From an uncultured Actinomycetes bacterium (GTDB lineage: Bacteria > Actinomycetota > Thermoleophilia > Solirubrobacterales > 70-9): a stretch of DNA of 64,000 nucleotides. Every line of letters begins with the position of its first letter. The first letter of the stretch is position 1. The position numbers and the translations under genes were made by a program. The stretch covers positions 2,749 through 66,748 of the forward strand of contig CAVPEC010000006.1 in NCBI GenBank assembly GCA_963702805.1, read 5' to 3'. Below, in pieces: positions 26,721-35,525 of the stretch. Under the pieces are notes generated by a model that worked only from the letters and a program-made list of their open reading frames with translations, had not been told where the DNA came from and searched no databases.

Positions 26721-26770
26721 GGCGCTCGGCTGACGGCCCTGCTCTCCGCCTGTGCCGGCGCCTCGGGGAG

Positions 26771-26843
26771 TGGAGCCAGCGGGACTCGAACCCACGACCT
26801 TCGCGCTGCCAGCGCAACGCTCTCCCAGCTGAGCTATAGCCCC
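26771..26843 (-). tRNA. tRNA-Ala (anticodon GGC)
   Basis: The reverse complement is GGGGCTATAGCTCAGCTGGGAGAGCGTTGCGCTGGCAGCGCGAAGGTCGTGGGTTCGAGTCCCGCTGGCTCCA. It folds as a cloverleaf with a CT-GGC-AG anticodon loop, the G3:U70 Ala identity pair and a GGTTCGAGTCC T-arm. CCA is not encoded. Confidence 0.92.
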
Positions 26844-26992
26844 GGAGCTGGTGGTCGGCGGCCCAGTTTAGCGCCGCGCGTTGGCCATTGCGACCAGCTC
26901 GATCGGGAGGAGGTAGCACTCGCCGAGATCGGCGCAATAGGATAGCACTTCGCGGACGAAGACTCCACGAGGTCGGCAGCTGTGCGAAAGCG

Positions 26993-27898
26993 CTACGGGA
27001 TCGAGTCGAGAGAGCGGGCCCGCGCGGCGTTCTCCGCGATCAGATCGACGAACCGCGGCCATAGCTGGCGCGGCAGGTCGTGGCCCATCCCCTCGATCAG
27101 CTCCAGCCTGGCGCCCGGAATCGCCGCTGCCGTCGCCTTGCCTCCCGAGACGTCGATCAGGGGATCGTCCGTCCCGTGGATCACCACGGTGGGCACGTCC
27201 AACCGGCGCAGCGCCTCGGTGCGGTCGCCCGAGGCGAGGATCGCGACGAGCTGCCGCGCCGTCCCATCCGGGTGGATCCCGCGGTCGTAGCTCGCCCGCC
27301 GCGCGCGCGCGAAGCGCCTCCTCGTCCGGGTCGAACCCCGGCGACCCGATCACCCTCCAGTCCCGCACCACGAACTCCGCGAACCCCTCCCGGTCCGCCG
27401 GCGGTCTCGTCAGCAGCGCCGGCAGCGCCTCCGGATGCGGCTGCCCGACCGCCCGATCCCCGGTCGTCGACATGATCGACGACCAGCGACAGCACCCGCT
27501 CCGGATGCCGGATCGCCAGCGTCTGGGCGATCATCCCGCCCTGCGAGGCGCCCACCACGTGCGCCGCCTCGACGCCCAGGTGGTCGAGCAGGCCCGCGCA
27601 GTCCTCCGCCATCTCGTCGAGGGTGTAGCTCGCCGAGCTCGCGTCGCCCGCCGCGGCCGCCACCAGGATGTCGGGGCGCGGCCCGCCCTCGATCTTCGTC
27701 GAGCGCCCCACGTCGCGGTTGTCGAACCGCACGACGTAGAACCCCCGCCCGGCCAGCAGCTCGCAGAGCTCCTCGTCCCAGCCCAGCATCTGCACGCCGA
27801 GCCCCATGACCAGGAGCACCGTCGGGTCCGCCGGATCGCCGAACGCCTCGTAGGCGACCTCGATCCCGTTCGCCGGCGCGATCAGCTCCTCGCCTCAC
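26993..27898 (-). CDS. Alpha/beta-fold hydrolase (frame-disrupted)
   Basis: VLLVMGLGVQMLGWDE is present. The nucleophile elbow is HVVGASQGGMIA. The C-terminus reads VPTVVIHGTDDPLI...GMGHDLP. Confidence 0.8.
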
Positions 27899-27938
27899 CC
27901 TAGCCGGCTAGACGGCCGCGCGCTCGGTCGCGACGCTG

Positions 27939-28791
27939 CTACTCGTCGACGTCCAGGACGACGCGGTCCGAGCGCTTGTCGCGGACCCTGAACACGAACG
28001 GAGCCCGCTCCTCGAGCTCGCGCAGCAGCTCGACCGGCTGCTTGAACCTCATCGCCAGCGTCGCGCGCCCCTGCGTGAAGCGCTTCACCGAGATCTCCGA
28101 CATCGCGCCGATCCCGCTCGCCGCGTCCTCGAACCCGACCAGCTGGGAGAAGTCGCTCAGCGGCCCCACCTCGACCTCGACCAGCCCCTCGAACAGCTCG
28201 CCCGGCTCGCGCTCGTGGTGGCCGTTCGCAGCGGCGATCAGGCCGGCCAGATCGGGCGCCTCCTCTTCGTCGGACTCGCGCGCCGACCCGCCGGATCGCC
28301 TCCTGCAGCGACTCGATCAGCCCGTCGCGGACCTCGCCCGGATGACGGCCCAGCTCGCCGATCCGCTCGGTCAGCTCGGCGGCCTCGCGCAACGCCCGCA
28401 ACCGGATCCTCGTCGCCTGACCGCGCGCCTGGCGCCGCACCGTCTCCAGATCGTCCGCCAGCGCGGTCAGCGCCTGCAGGCTCTCGTCGGCTCGCTCGCG
28501 CGCCTGCGCCGAGCTCCGCCCGGACCTCGCGCAGCTCGCCGCTCACGCTCCACCACCCGCTCCGCGAGCCTGGCCGAGACCTGGTCCAGCTCGTGGATCC
28601 GCCGCTCGCCTCGCTCGAGCTCCGCCCGGCGAGCCGCCAGCTCGGCGTCGCGCTCCCCGATCCGGCTCTCGGCGCCGGCGAGCTTTGCCTTCGCCTCCTC
28701 GAGCGCCGCCTCGCGATTGGCGATCGCCTCGTCCACCGTCGCGGGGGCGGTAGCCAAGCAGAGATCTCTTGAACCGACCCTTAGCGCCCAT
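27939..28791 (-). CDS. DivIVA-domain coiled-coil protein with a distinct C-terminal domain (frame-disrupted)
   Basis: The N-terminus is MGAKGRFKRSLLGYRP-ATVDEAIANREAAL, which fits the DivIVA F-x-x-x-x-x-GY signature. A long E/R/A-rich coiled coil follows. The C-terminal 76 aa (SDFSQLVGFEDAASGIG...FVFRVRDKRSDRVVLDVDE) are intact. Confidence 0.6.
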
Positions 28792-28859
28792 CGTGCTCCC
28801 CGCGTCGAGCACTCACCATACGCCAACGCTAGGCGGCGCTGCCGGACGGCATGCGCCCG

Positions 28860-29278
28860 TCAACCCCCGGCGGCGGCGCGACCGCCGGCGCCTGTCTCGG
28901 CGCCCAGCTCGAGCCGCGGCGCCTCGCCCCAGAGCACCTCGAGCCGGTAGCGCTCCCGCAGCTCCGGCACGAACACGTGGAACACGCAGTCGAGGTAGTC
29001 CATCAGCACCCAGCGCGCCGCGACGCTCGCCCTCGACCGTCGCCGGCAGCAGGCCGTCGTCGTGCTTCAGCCGCTGGTAGACCTCCTCGTGGATCGCCTT
29101 CGCCTGGCGCTCGTTGCGCGCCGTGCAGATGACCAGGAAGTCCGTGTAGCCGACCAGGCTCCGCATGTCGAGCGCGACGACGTCCTCGCGCCTGCTTGGC
29201 GTCGGCGACCGCCGCGATCCGCCGCGCCAGCGCCTCCGAGGAGAGCCGGTCCTGCCCCTTGTCGAGCACCGCGCTCAC
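28860..29278 (-). CDS. rsfS: Ribosomal silencing factor RsfS (frame-disrupted)
   Basis: DMRSLVGYTDFLVICTARNERQAKAIHEEV and, in a second frame, VLMDYLDCVFHVF-type and LWGEAPRLEL segments are present. The GTG start at 29278 overlaps the nadD stop. Confidence 0.8.
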
Positions 29279-29894
29279 GCCCGGTACAGCCCTCGCTCGT
29301 CGATCAGCTCGACGACCGCGTCGGGGACGAGGTGGCGGATCGGGCGCCCCGCCGCCACCCGCCGGCGGATGCCCGTCGAGGAGACGCCGATCTCGGGCAT
29401 CTTCACGATCTCGGCCCGCTCGCTGCCGCCCAGGCGCTCGAGCGCGGCCTCCGCCTCGTCCAGCACCGTTCCCCGGCCGCGCGGCGATCCCCAGCCGCGC
29501 CAGCTCCAGGACCCGCTGCGGGTCGCGCCAGCTCTCCAGGCCCGCCGCCACGTCGGCTCCCATCAGGAAGACGAGCTCGTCGTTGGGCCGCGCGTCGCTC
29601 AACAGCTCCAGCGTACGGAAGGTGAACGACGGGCCCTCGCGGCTCGTCTCGACGTCCGAGGCCTCCAGCGCGGGGTCGGTTGCCGCCGCCAGGCGCGCCA
29701 TCTCGAGTCGCACCTCGCGGCCCGGCTCCGGCTCGATCCGCTTGTGCGGCGCCTCGCCGACCGGCACCAGCAGCACCTCCGTCGAGCCCCAGCTGGGACG
29801 CCGCCTCCTGGGCGAGCACCAGGTGCCCGATGTGCGGCGGGTTGAACGCGCCTCCGAGAACGCCGATCGCGGCGACCGCTCCCCCTAGCTCCAA
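29275..29894 (-). CDS. nadD: Nicotinate-nucleotide adenylyltransferase (frame-disrupted)
   Basis: [21 protein letters not shown] is the (H/T)xGH motif. [14 protein letters not shown] and [21 protein letters not shown] are also present. Confidence 0.85.
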
Positions 29895-29907
29895 TCGGCC
29901 GTCTGGC

Positions 29908-31182
29908 TCAAGACCGAACCTGGCCGTCGCCGTGCACGACGTACTTGAACGTGGTCAGCTCGCGCAGGCCGATCGGGCCGCGGGCGTGAAGCTTCTGGGT
30001 CGAGTTCCCGATCTCGGCGCCCATCCCGAACTCGAAGCCGTCGGTGAAGCGGGTCGACGCGTTGACGTAGACCACCGCGGCGTCCACCCCTTCGGTGAAC
30101 GCCTCGGCGGCCTCGTCGGACGAGGTCACGATCGCCTCCGAGTGGCCGGTGCCGTGCCGGTTGACGTGCGCGATCGCCTCGTCGAGCGAGTCGACCACGC
30201 CGACGGCCATCTTCATGCCCAGGTACTCCGTGTCCCAATCGTCGTCGGTCGCCGCGCCGACCGGCGTCTCGCCCGCCGGCCGCGCGCGCCCGCTCGTCGC
30301 CGACCAGCTCGACGCCGGCGTCGCGCAGGTCCGCGAGCACGCCGGGCAGGAACTCGCTCGGCGACGCGCGGCGTTGACCAGCAGCGTCTCGGCCGCGTTG
30401 CAGACGCCCGGGCGCTGCACCTTGGCGTTGTAGGCGACCGCGCGGGCCATCTCGAGATCGGCGTCCTCGTGCACGTAGACGTGGCAGTTGCCCGCCGCGG
30501 CGTACATCACCGGCACCGTCGCGACCGACTTCAGCGCCTCCTTCAGCCCCTCGCCGCCCCGCGGGATCACCAGGTCCACGAGGCCCTCGGCGGTCGCCAG
30601 CTCGGCCAGCTCGGCGCGATCTCCGCCGTCGAGCAGCTCGACCGACCCCTCGGGCAGCCCGGCCTCGGCCACCGCCTCGCGCACCGACCGCCGCCAGCGC
30701 CCCGTTGGAGCGCGCGGCGTAGCTCGATCCCCGCAGCACGATCGCGTTGCCGCTCTTCAGGGTCAGCGCGGCGCAGTCCACGGTCACGTTCGGCCGCGCC
30801 TCGTAGACGACCGCGATCACGCCGAGCGGCACCCGCACCTTCTTCATCCGCAGGCCGCTCGCGAGCGTGCGCTCCTCGATCACCTCGCCGACCGGGTCCG
30901 GCAGCGCGGCGATCGTCCCGCACGCCCGCGGCCATCGCCGCCACCCGCTCCTCGTCGAGCGCCAGCCGATCGCGGAGCGCGTCGTCGAGCCCCGCGGCGC
31001 GCTCGTCGGCGAGGTCCGCGCGCGTTCGCCTCGAGGATCTCGTCGGCTGCGCTCGCCGAGCAGCTCGGCGAGCCGCGCCAGGGCGGCGTCCTTGCGTCTC
31101 GGTGCGTGGCGGTCGCCAGCTCGCGCGAGGCCCGCTTGGCGGAGGCGCAGACCTCGGCGACGGTCCTGGTGGCTGTGGCCAT
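29908..31182 (-). CDS. proA: Gamma-glutamyl phosphate reductase (frame-disrupted)
   Basis: [29 protein letters not shown] and [20 protein letters not shown] are present, and the C-terminus reads [16 protein letters not shown]. Confidence 0.88.
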
Positions 31183-31367
31183 GCGTGACAGGGTAGCTTG
31201 CGATCCGCCCGGACCATGACGTTCGTAGGCGCGAACCGCGCGCGTTCCGGGTCAGGTCGCGCAGCGGCGCCTGACGTCGTGCGTCTGGCGTCAGCGTAAG
31301 TCAACGTGGCCGACGGTCGGTGCTCGCGTGCATCGGACCGCCACGGCATGCGCCTGGCCGGTGCGGG

Positions 31368-32458
31368 CTAGGTCAGCACGAAGTAGTCGCGGTGCACCGC
31401 CTCCTCGGAGGCGTTCGGCATCCGCTCCAGCACCTGCGCGGACTTCAGGCCCTTGATCCGGCCGAGCTCGGCGGCGGAGTAGTTGACGATGCCCTTGCCG
31501 ACCACCTCGCCGTCGCAGACCACCTCCACCGCGTCGCCGGCCGCGAACTCGCCCTCGACTCTCGGTGATCCCGACCGGCAGCAGGCTGGAGCCGCGCTCG
31601 CGCAGCACCCGCGCCGCGCCCTCGTCGACCACCACCCTCCCCTGGCTCGGCTTCGCGTAGCGGAGCCACAGCTTGAAGCTCGGGGTGCGCTCCGGGTGCG
31701 GCGCGAAGCGCGTGCCGACCCGCTCGCCGCGGGCCGCCGCCGCGAAGCTCCCGGTCTCGGTCCCGTCGCAGACCACGACGGGGATCCCGGCGGCGCTCGC
31801 CATCTCGGCCGCCGCCACCTTGCTCCGCATCCCGCCCGAGCCGAAGGCGGAGGTCCGGTCGCCGATCTCGTAGCGCGCGAGCTCGCCGAACGACTTCACC
31901 TCCTCGACCAGCTCGGCGTCCGGCGCTCGGCGCGGGTCGGCGGTGTGGAGGCCGGCCGTGTCGGTGAGCAGGACGAGCAGGCGCGCCTCGAGCAGGATCG
32001 CCACCTGGGCGGAGAGGAAGTCGTTGTCGCCGAAGGTGATCTCGTCGGTGGCCGTGGTGTCGTTCTCGTTCACCACCGGCACGACCCGCCAGTCGAGCAG
32101 CCGGCGCAGCGTCTGGCGGGCGTTCAGGTAGTGCATGCGCGCCGACATGTCGAACGAGGTCAGCAGCACCTGCGCGGCGTGGACGTCCTGGCGCGGCCAG
32201 TCGCTCCTCGTAGGCGCGGAACAGCGAGCCCTGGCCGACCGCCGAGGCCGCCTGCATCTCGTCGATCGCGCTCGGGCGCCGGTCCAGCTCCAGCAGGCGC
32301 ATCCCGCGCGCGATCGCCCCGGAGGTGACGAGCACGACGTTCTCGCCGCCGCGATGGAGCTCGGCGACCTGCGCGCAGACGCTGTCGAGCACCGCCGAGC
32401 GCAGCGCGCCGTCGTCGTCGGCGACGATCGAGGAGCCGAGCTTGGCGACCACGGTCAT
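31368..32458 (-). CDS. proB: Glutamate 5-kinase with PUA domain (frame-disrupted)
   Basis: MTVVAKLGSSIV, VVLVTSGAIARG, VPVVNENDTTATDEITFGDNDFLSAQVA and GSGGMRSKVAAA are present. The PUA tail VNYSAAEL sits in a shifted frame. Confidence 0.88.
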
Positions 32459-32490
32459 GGGCGCAGTCTTAGCACTTAGCATGCGGGCCG

Positions 32491-33919
32491 ATGGCTGACC
32501 CCGGGGAACGGCGCGCGGAGCTCGAGCGGGCGCTGGACCTCGCCGCCTCGGAGGCTCGCGCCTTCCTCGCCGAGCTGGATCGCGACTCGGTGCAGCCGAG
32601 CGGCAGCGAGCAGGCGGTCACGCAGCTCGGCGGCGCTCTGCCCGAGGACGGCGCTGGAGCGCTCGCGGCGATCAGCGACCTGGCTCGACTCGGCCACGAG
32701 ACGGCGACCCGATCGTCCGGCCCCCGCTTCTTTCACTTCGTGATCGGCGGCACGACGCCCGCGGCCCTCGCCGCCGACTGGCTGACCTCGGCCCTCGACC
32801 AGAACGCCGGCGCCTGGGTGGCCTCGCCGCTCGCCAGCCGCCTCGAGAGCATCTGCATCGATTGGCTGCGCGACCTGTTCGAGCTGCCGCCCGAGTTCGG
32901 CGGCGTCCTGGTGACCGGAGGCACGATGGCCAACTTCACCTGCCTGGCGGTCGCCCGCGACTGGTGCGGGGAGCGACGTGGGCAGCGCATCGCGGGCGCG
33001 GGACTGGCGAGCACCCCGCAGATCCCGGTCTTCTCGAGCGGGTACATCCACGCGAGCGCGACCAAGTCGCTGGCGATGCTCGGGATCGGCGCCGCCAACG
33101 TGCGCAAGCTGACCAGGGACGCGGCGGGCCGCCTCGACCTCGACGCGCTGGAGCGCGGCCTCGCCGAGCTGGAGGGCGACCCCGCGATCGTCGTCGCCAA
33201 CGCCGGCGAGGTGAACGCGGGCGACTTCGACCCGATCGACGAGATGGCGGACCTGGCCGAGGAGCACGGCGCCTGGCTCCACGTCGACGGCGCCTTCGGG
33301 CTGTTCGTGCGGATCGTCGCCGAGGTCCGCCCACCTCGCCGCCGGCGCCGAGCGTGCCCAGTCCGTCTCCTCGGACGGCCACAAGTGGCTGAACGTGCCC
33401 CACGACTGCGGATTCGCCTTCGTGCGCGAGCCGGAGCGCCTCAGCGCAACCTTCGCCGAGGAGGCGGCCTACCTGCCCTCTCCCGACGATCCGCGGCCGA
33501 GCTGGGGCTTCATGGGACCCGAGGGATCACGGCGAGCGCGGGCCTTCGCGATCTGGGCAACGCTGCGAGCCTACGGGCGCAGCGGCTACCGCCAGATGGT
33601 GGAGCGCCACCTCGAGCTGACGCAGCACCTCGCCGCCCGGGTGGACGCCGAGCCGGAGCTCGAGCGCCTGGCGGAGGCGCCGCTCAACATCGTCTGCTTT
33701 CGCTGGCGTCCGCAGGGGGCGGCCGAGGGCGACCTCGACGAGCTCAACCGCGGCCTCGGTGAGGCGCTGCTCCGCGACGGCCGCGTCTTCGCCGGCACCA
33801 CCCTGTTCGAGGGCAAGGTCGCCTTCCGGCCCGCGATCGTCAACTGGCGGACCCGTGCCGAGGACGTGGACGCGCTGGTCGACGTCCTCCTGGAGCTGGC
33901 GAGCGACCTGCGCTCGTAA
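32491..33919 (+). CDS. PLP-dependent (group II) decarboxylase-family protein (one frameshift)
   Basis: GVLVTGGTMANFTCLAVAR and WLHVDGAFG are present. The PLP-lysine motif SVSSDGHKWLNVPHDCGF lies near 33370-33420. The gene is on the opposite strand to the flanking obg and proB. Confidence 0.75.
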
Positions 33920-33935
33920 CCCGTAGGTCGCCGGG

Positions 33936-33973
33936 TTGGCGAGTTAGTGGCGCATACCGCCACTAAGTCGCCA
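33936..33973. repeat. REP-like palindromic element, copy 1 (TTGGCGAGTTAGTGGCG-CATAC-CGCCACTAAGTCGCCA)
   Basis: The element has a 9-bp perfect core stem (TTAGTGGCG/CGCCACTAA) extended by GGCGA/TCGCC. It lies between the convergent stops of the decarboxylase (33919) and obg (33996). A second copy is at 35353-35391. Confidence 0.7.
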
Positions 33974-33995
33974 TTCGCGGCGGAAGGGACCCGCG

Positions 33996-35298
33996 CTAAG
34001 CGGCGGGATCGAGCTCGAACGCCGTTTCGCCGATCCGCACCTCGTCGCCCGGCTGGAAGCCCGCGGAGCGCAGCGCGGCGAGCACGCCGATCTCGCCCAG
34101 GCGCTGCTCGAGGTAGGCGAGGGCCTCCGGGTTCTCGAGGTCGTGGCGGCGGACCAGCAGCTCGATCCCGCGACCCCGAACCTCGAACACGCCCTCCGTG
34201 ACCCGCTCGACGTCGAAGCCCTGCTGGCCCTCGGGCCGGTAGACGATGTGCTCGGCCTCGAACTCGGGGTCCGCGGCGGCGGACGCCGGAGCGACCGCCT
34301 CCGGTCCGTCCTCCTCCGGCACCGCCTCGAGGATCGCTCGCCGAAGCCGCTCGATCCCTGCGCCGCTCGCCGACGAGACCGCGACGACGCCCAGCGACCC
34401 CATCGCCAAGCCGATCGCGCCACTCCGAGACCGCCTCATCGGCCTCGTCGTCGGGCACCAGGTCGCGCTTCGACAGCACGACCAGCTCCGGCAGCAGCTC
34501 CAGCCCGGCGCCGTGCTCGCGAAGCTCCTGGCGCACCGCCTCGTGCGCCGAGGCGGGATCCTCGCCCGCGAGGTCGACCAGGTGGACCAGCACCCGGCAG
34601 CGCTCCACGTGGGCGAGGAACTCGTGCCCCAGCCCCGCGCCCCTTGCGGCGCCCTCGATCAGGCCGGGGATGTCGGCGAGGACGAGCTGACGGTCCTCGG
34701 CGTCGAGCGTGCCCAGCACCGGCTCGACGGTCGTGAACGGATACTCGGCGACCTTCGGCGCCGCCCGGGTGAGCCGTCGCAGAAGCGACGACTTCCCGGC
34801 GTTCGGCTGCCCCACGAGGCCCACGTCGGCGAGCAGCTTCAGGCGCAGCTCGATCCAACCGGACTCGCCCTCGAGGCCCCGCTCGGCAAAGCGCGGCGCC
34901 TGGCGGGTGGAGCTGGCGAAGCGCTTGTTGCCGTGGCCGCCCAGCCCCCCGGACGCCACGACCGCGCGCTGGCCGGGCTCGATCAGGTCGTAGCGGCTGC
35001 GCTCGAGGCCATCGACCTCGGTACCGGGCGGCACCAGGATCACCTTGTCCCCGCCGCGCGCCCCGTGCTGCTGCTTGCCCCGCCCGTGGCCGCCGCGCCC
35101 GGCCCGGAAGTGCCGCGCCCGGTGAAGCGCGGCCAGGTCGCGCCGCGACGGGTCGCAGACCAAGACGACGTCCCCCCCGCGCCCTCCGTCGCCCCCGTCG
35201 GGCCCGCCCCGCGGCACATGGGCCTCGCGGCGAAAGCTCACGCAGCCGTCGCCGCCGCGTCCTCCCTCGACGTAGATCTTCGCCTTGTCGTAGAGCAC
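33996..35298 (-). CDS. obg: GTPase Obg (frame-disrupted near the C-terminal third)
   Basis: The Obg fold reads DKAKIYVEGGRGGDGCVSFRREAHVPRGGPDGGDGGRGGDV. ADVGLVGQPNAGKSSLL and LADIPGLIEGA are G motifs. The OCT domain is in a second frame. Confidence 0.9.
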
Positions 35299-35352
35299 CG
35301 GCTGAGGTTAGATGCCGGCGACCGGGCGATGACGGTCGTCGAGCCCAGCCAT

Positions 35353-35391
35353 TTGGCGAGTTAGTGGCGGTATGCGCCACTTTCTCGCCAA
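35353..35391. repeat. REP-like palindromic element, copy 2, inverted relative to copy 1
   Basis: The sequence is TTGGCGAGTTAGTGGCGGTATGCGCCACTTTCTCGCCAA. It matches the reverse complement of copy 1 at 35 of 38 positions, against 30 of 38 in direct orientation. The loop GTATG is the reverse complement of CATAC. Confidence 0.7.
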
Positions 35392-35477
35392 TCGACTGGG
35401 CTCGCGTCGTTGGTCGAAAAGGGTGACGTGTCATCCTCTCCCGAGTACTTGACCAGTCTCGGGGACACCCTTCCAGG

Positions 35478-35525
35478 CTGACCGATCCAGCCGGAGGCGC
35501 CGAGCTCTGGAAGGCCGTCCCGTGA
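35478..35525 (+). pseudogene. 3' relic of a second ELWxxDGT-repeat gene
   Basis: The translation is LTDPAGGAELWKAVP-stop. The intact gene ends with DDPTHGTELWKAVP-stop. The 19-mer CCGAGCTCTGGAAGGCCGT at 35500-35518 recurs identically at the 3' end of the intact gene (~36941-36959). The relic TGA overlaps the intact gene's GTG start (GTGA). Confidence 0.5.

Noticed and set aside
26771-26843. tRNA-Ala as the attachment site of an integrated mobile element
   Set aside because: The window contains no integrase, excisionase, transposase or phage/conjugation genes. I saw no second copy of the tRNA 3' end that would mark an att site.
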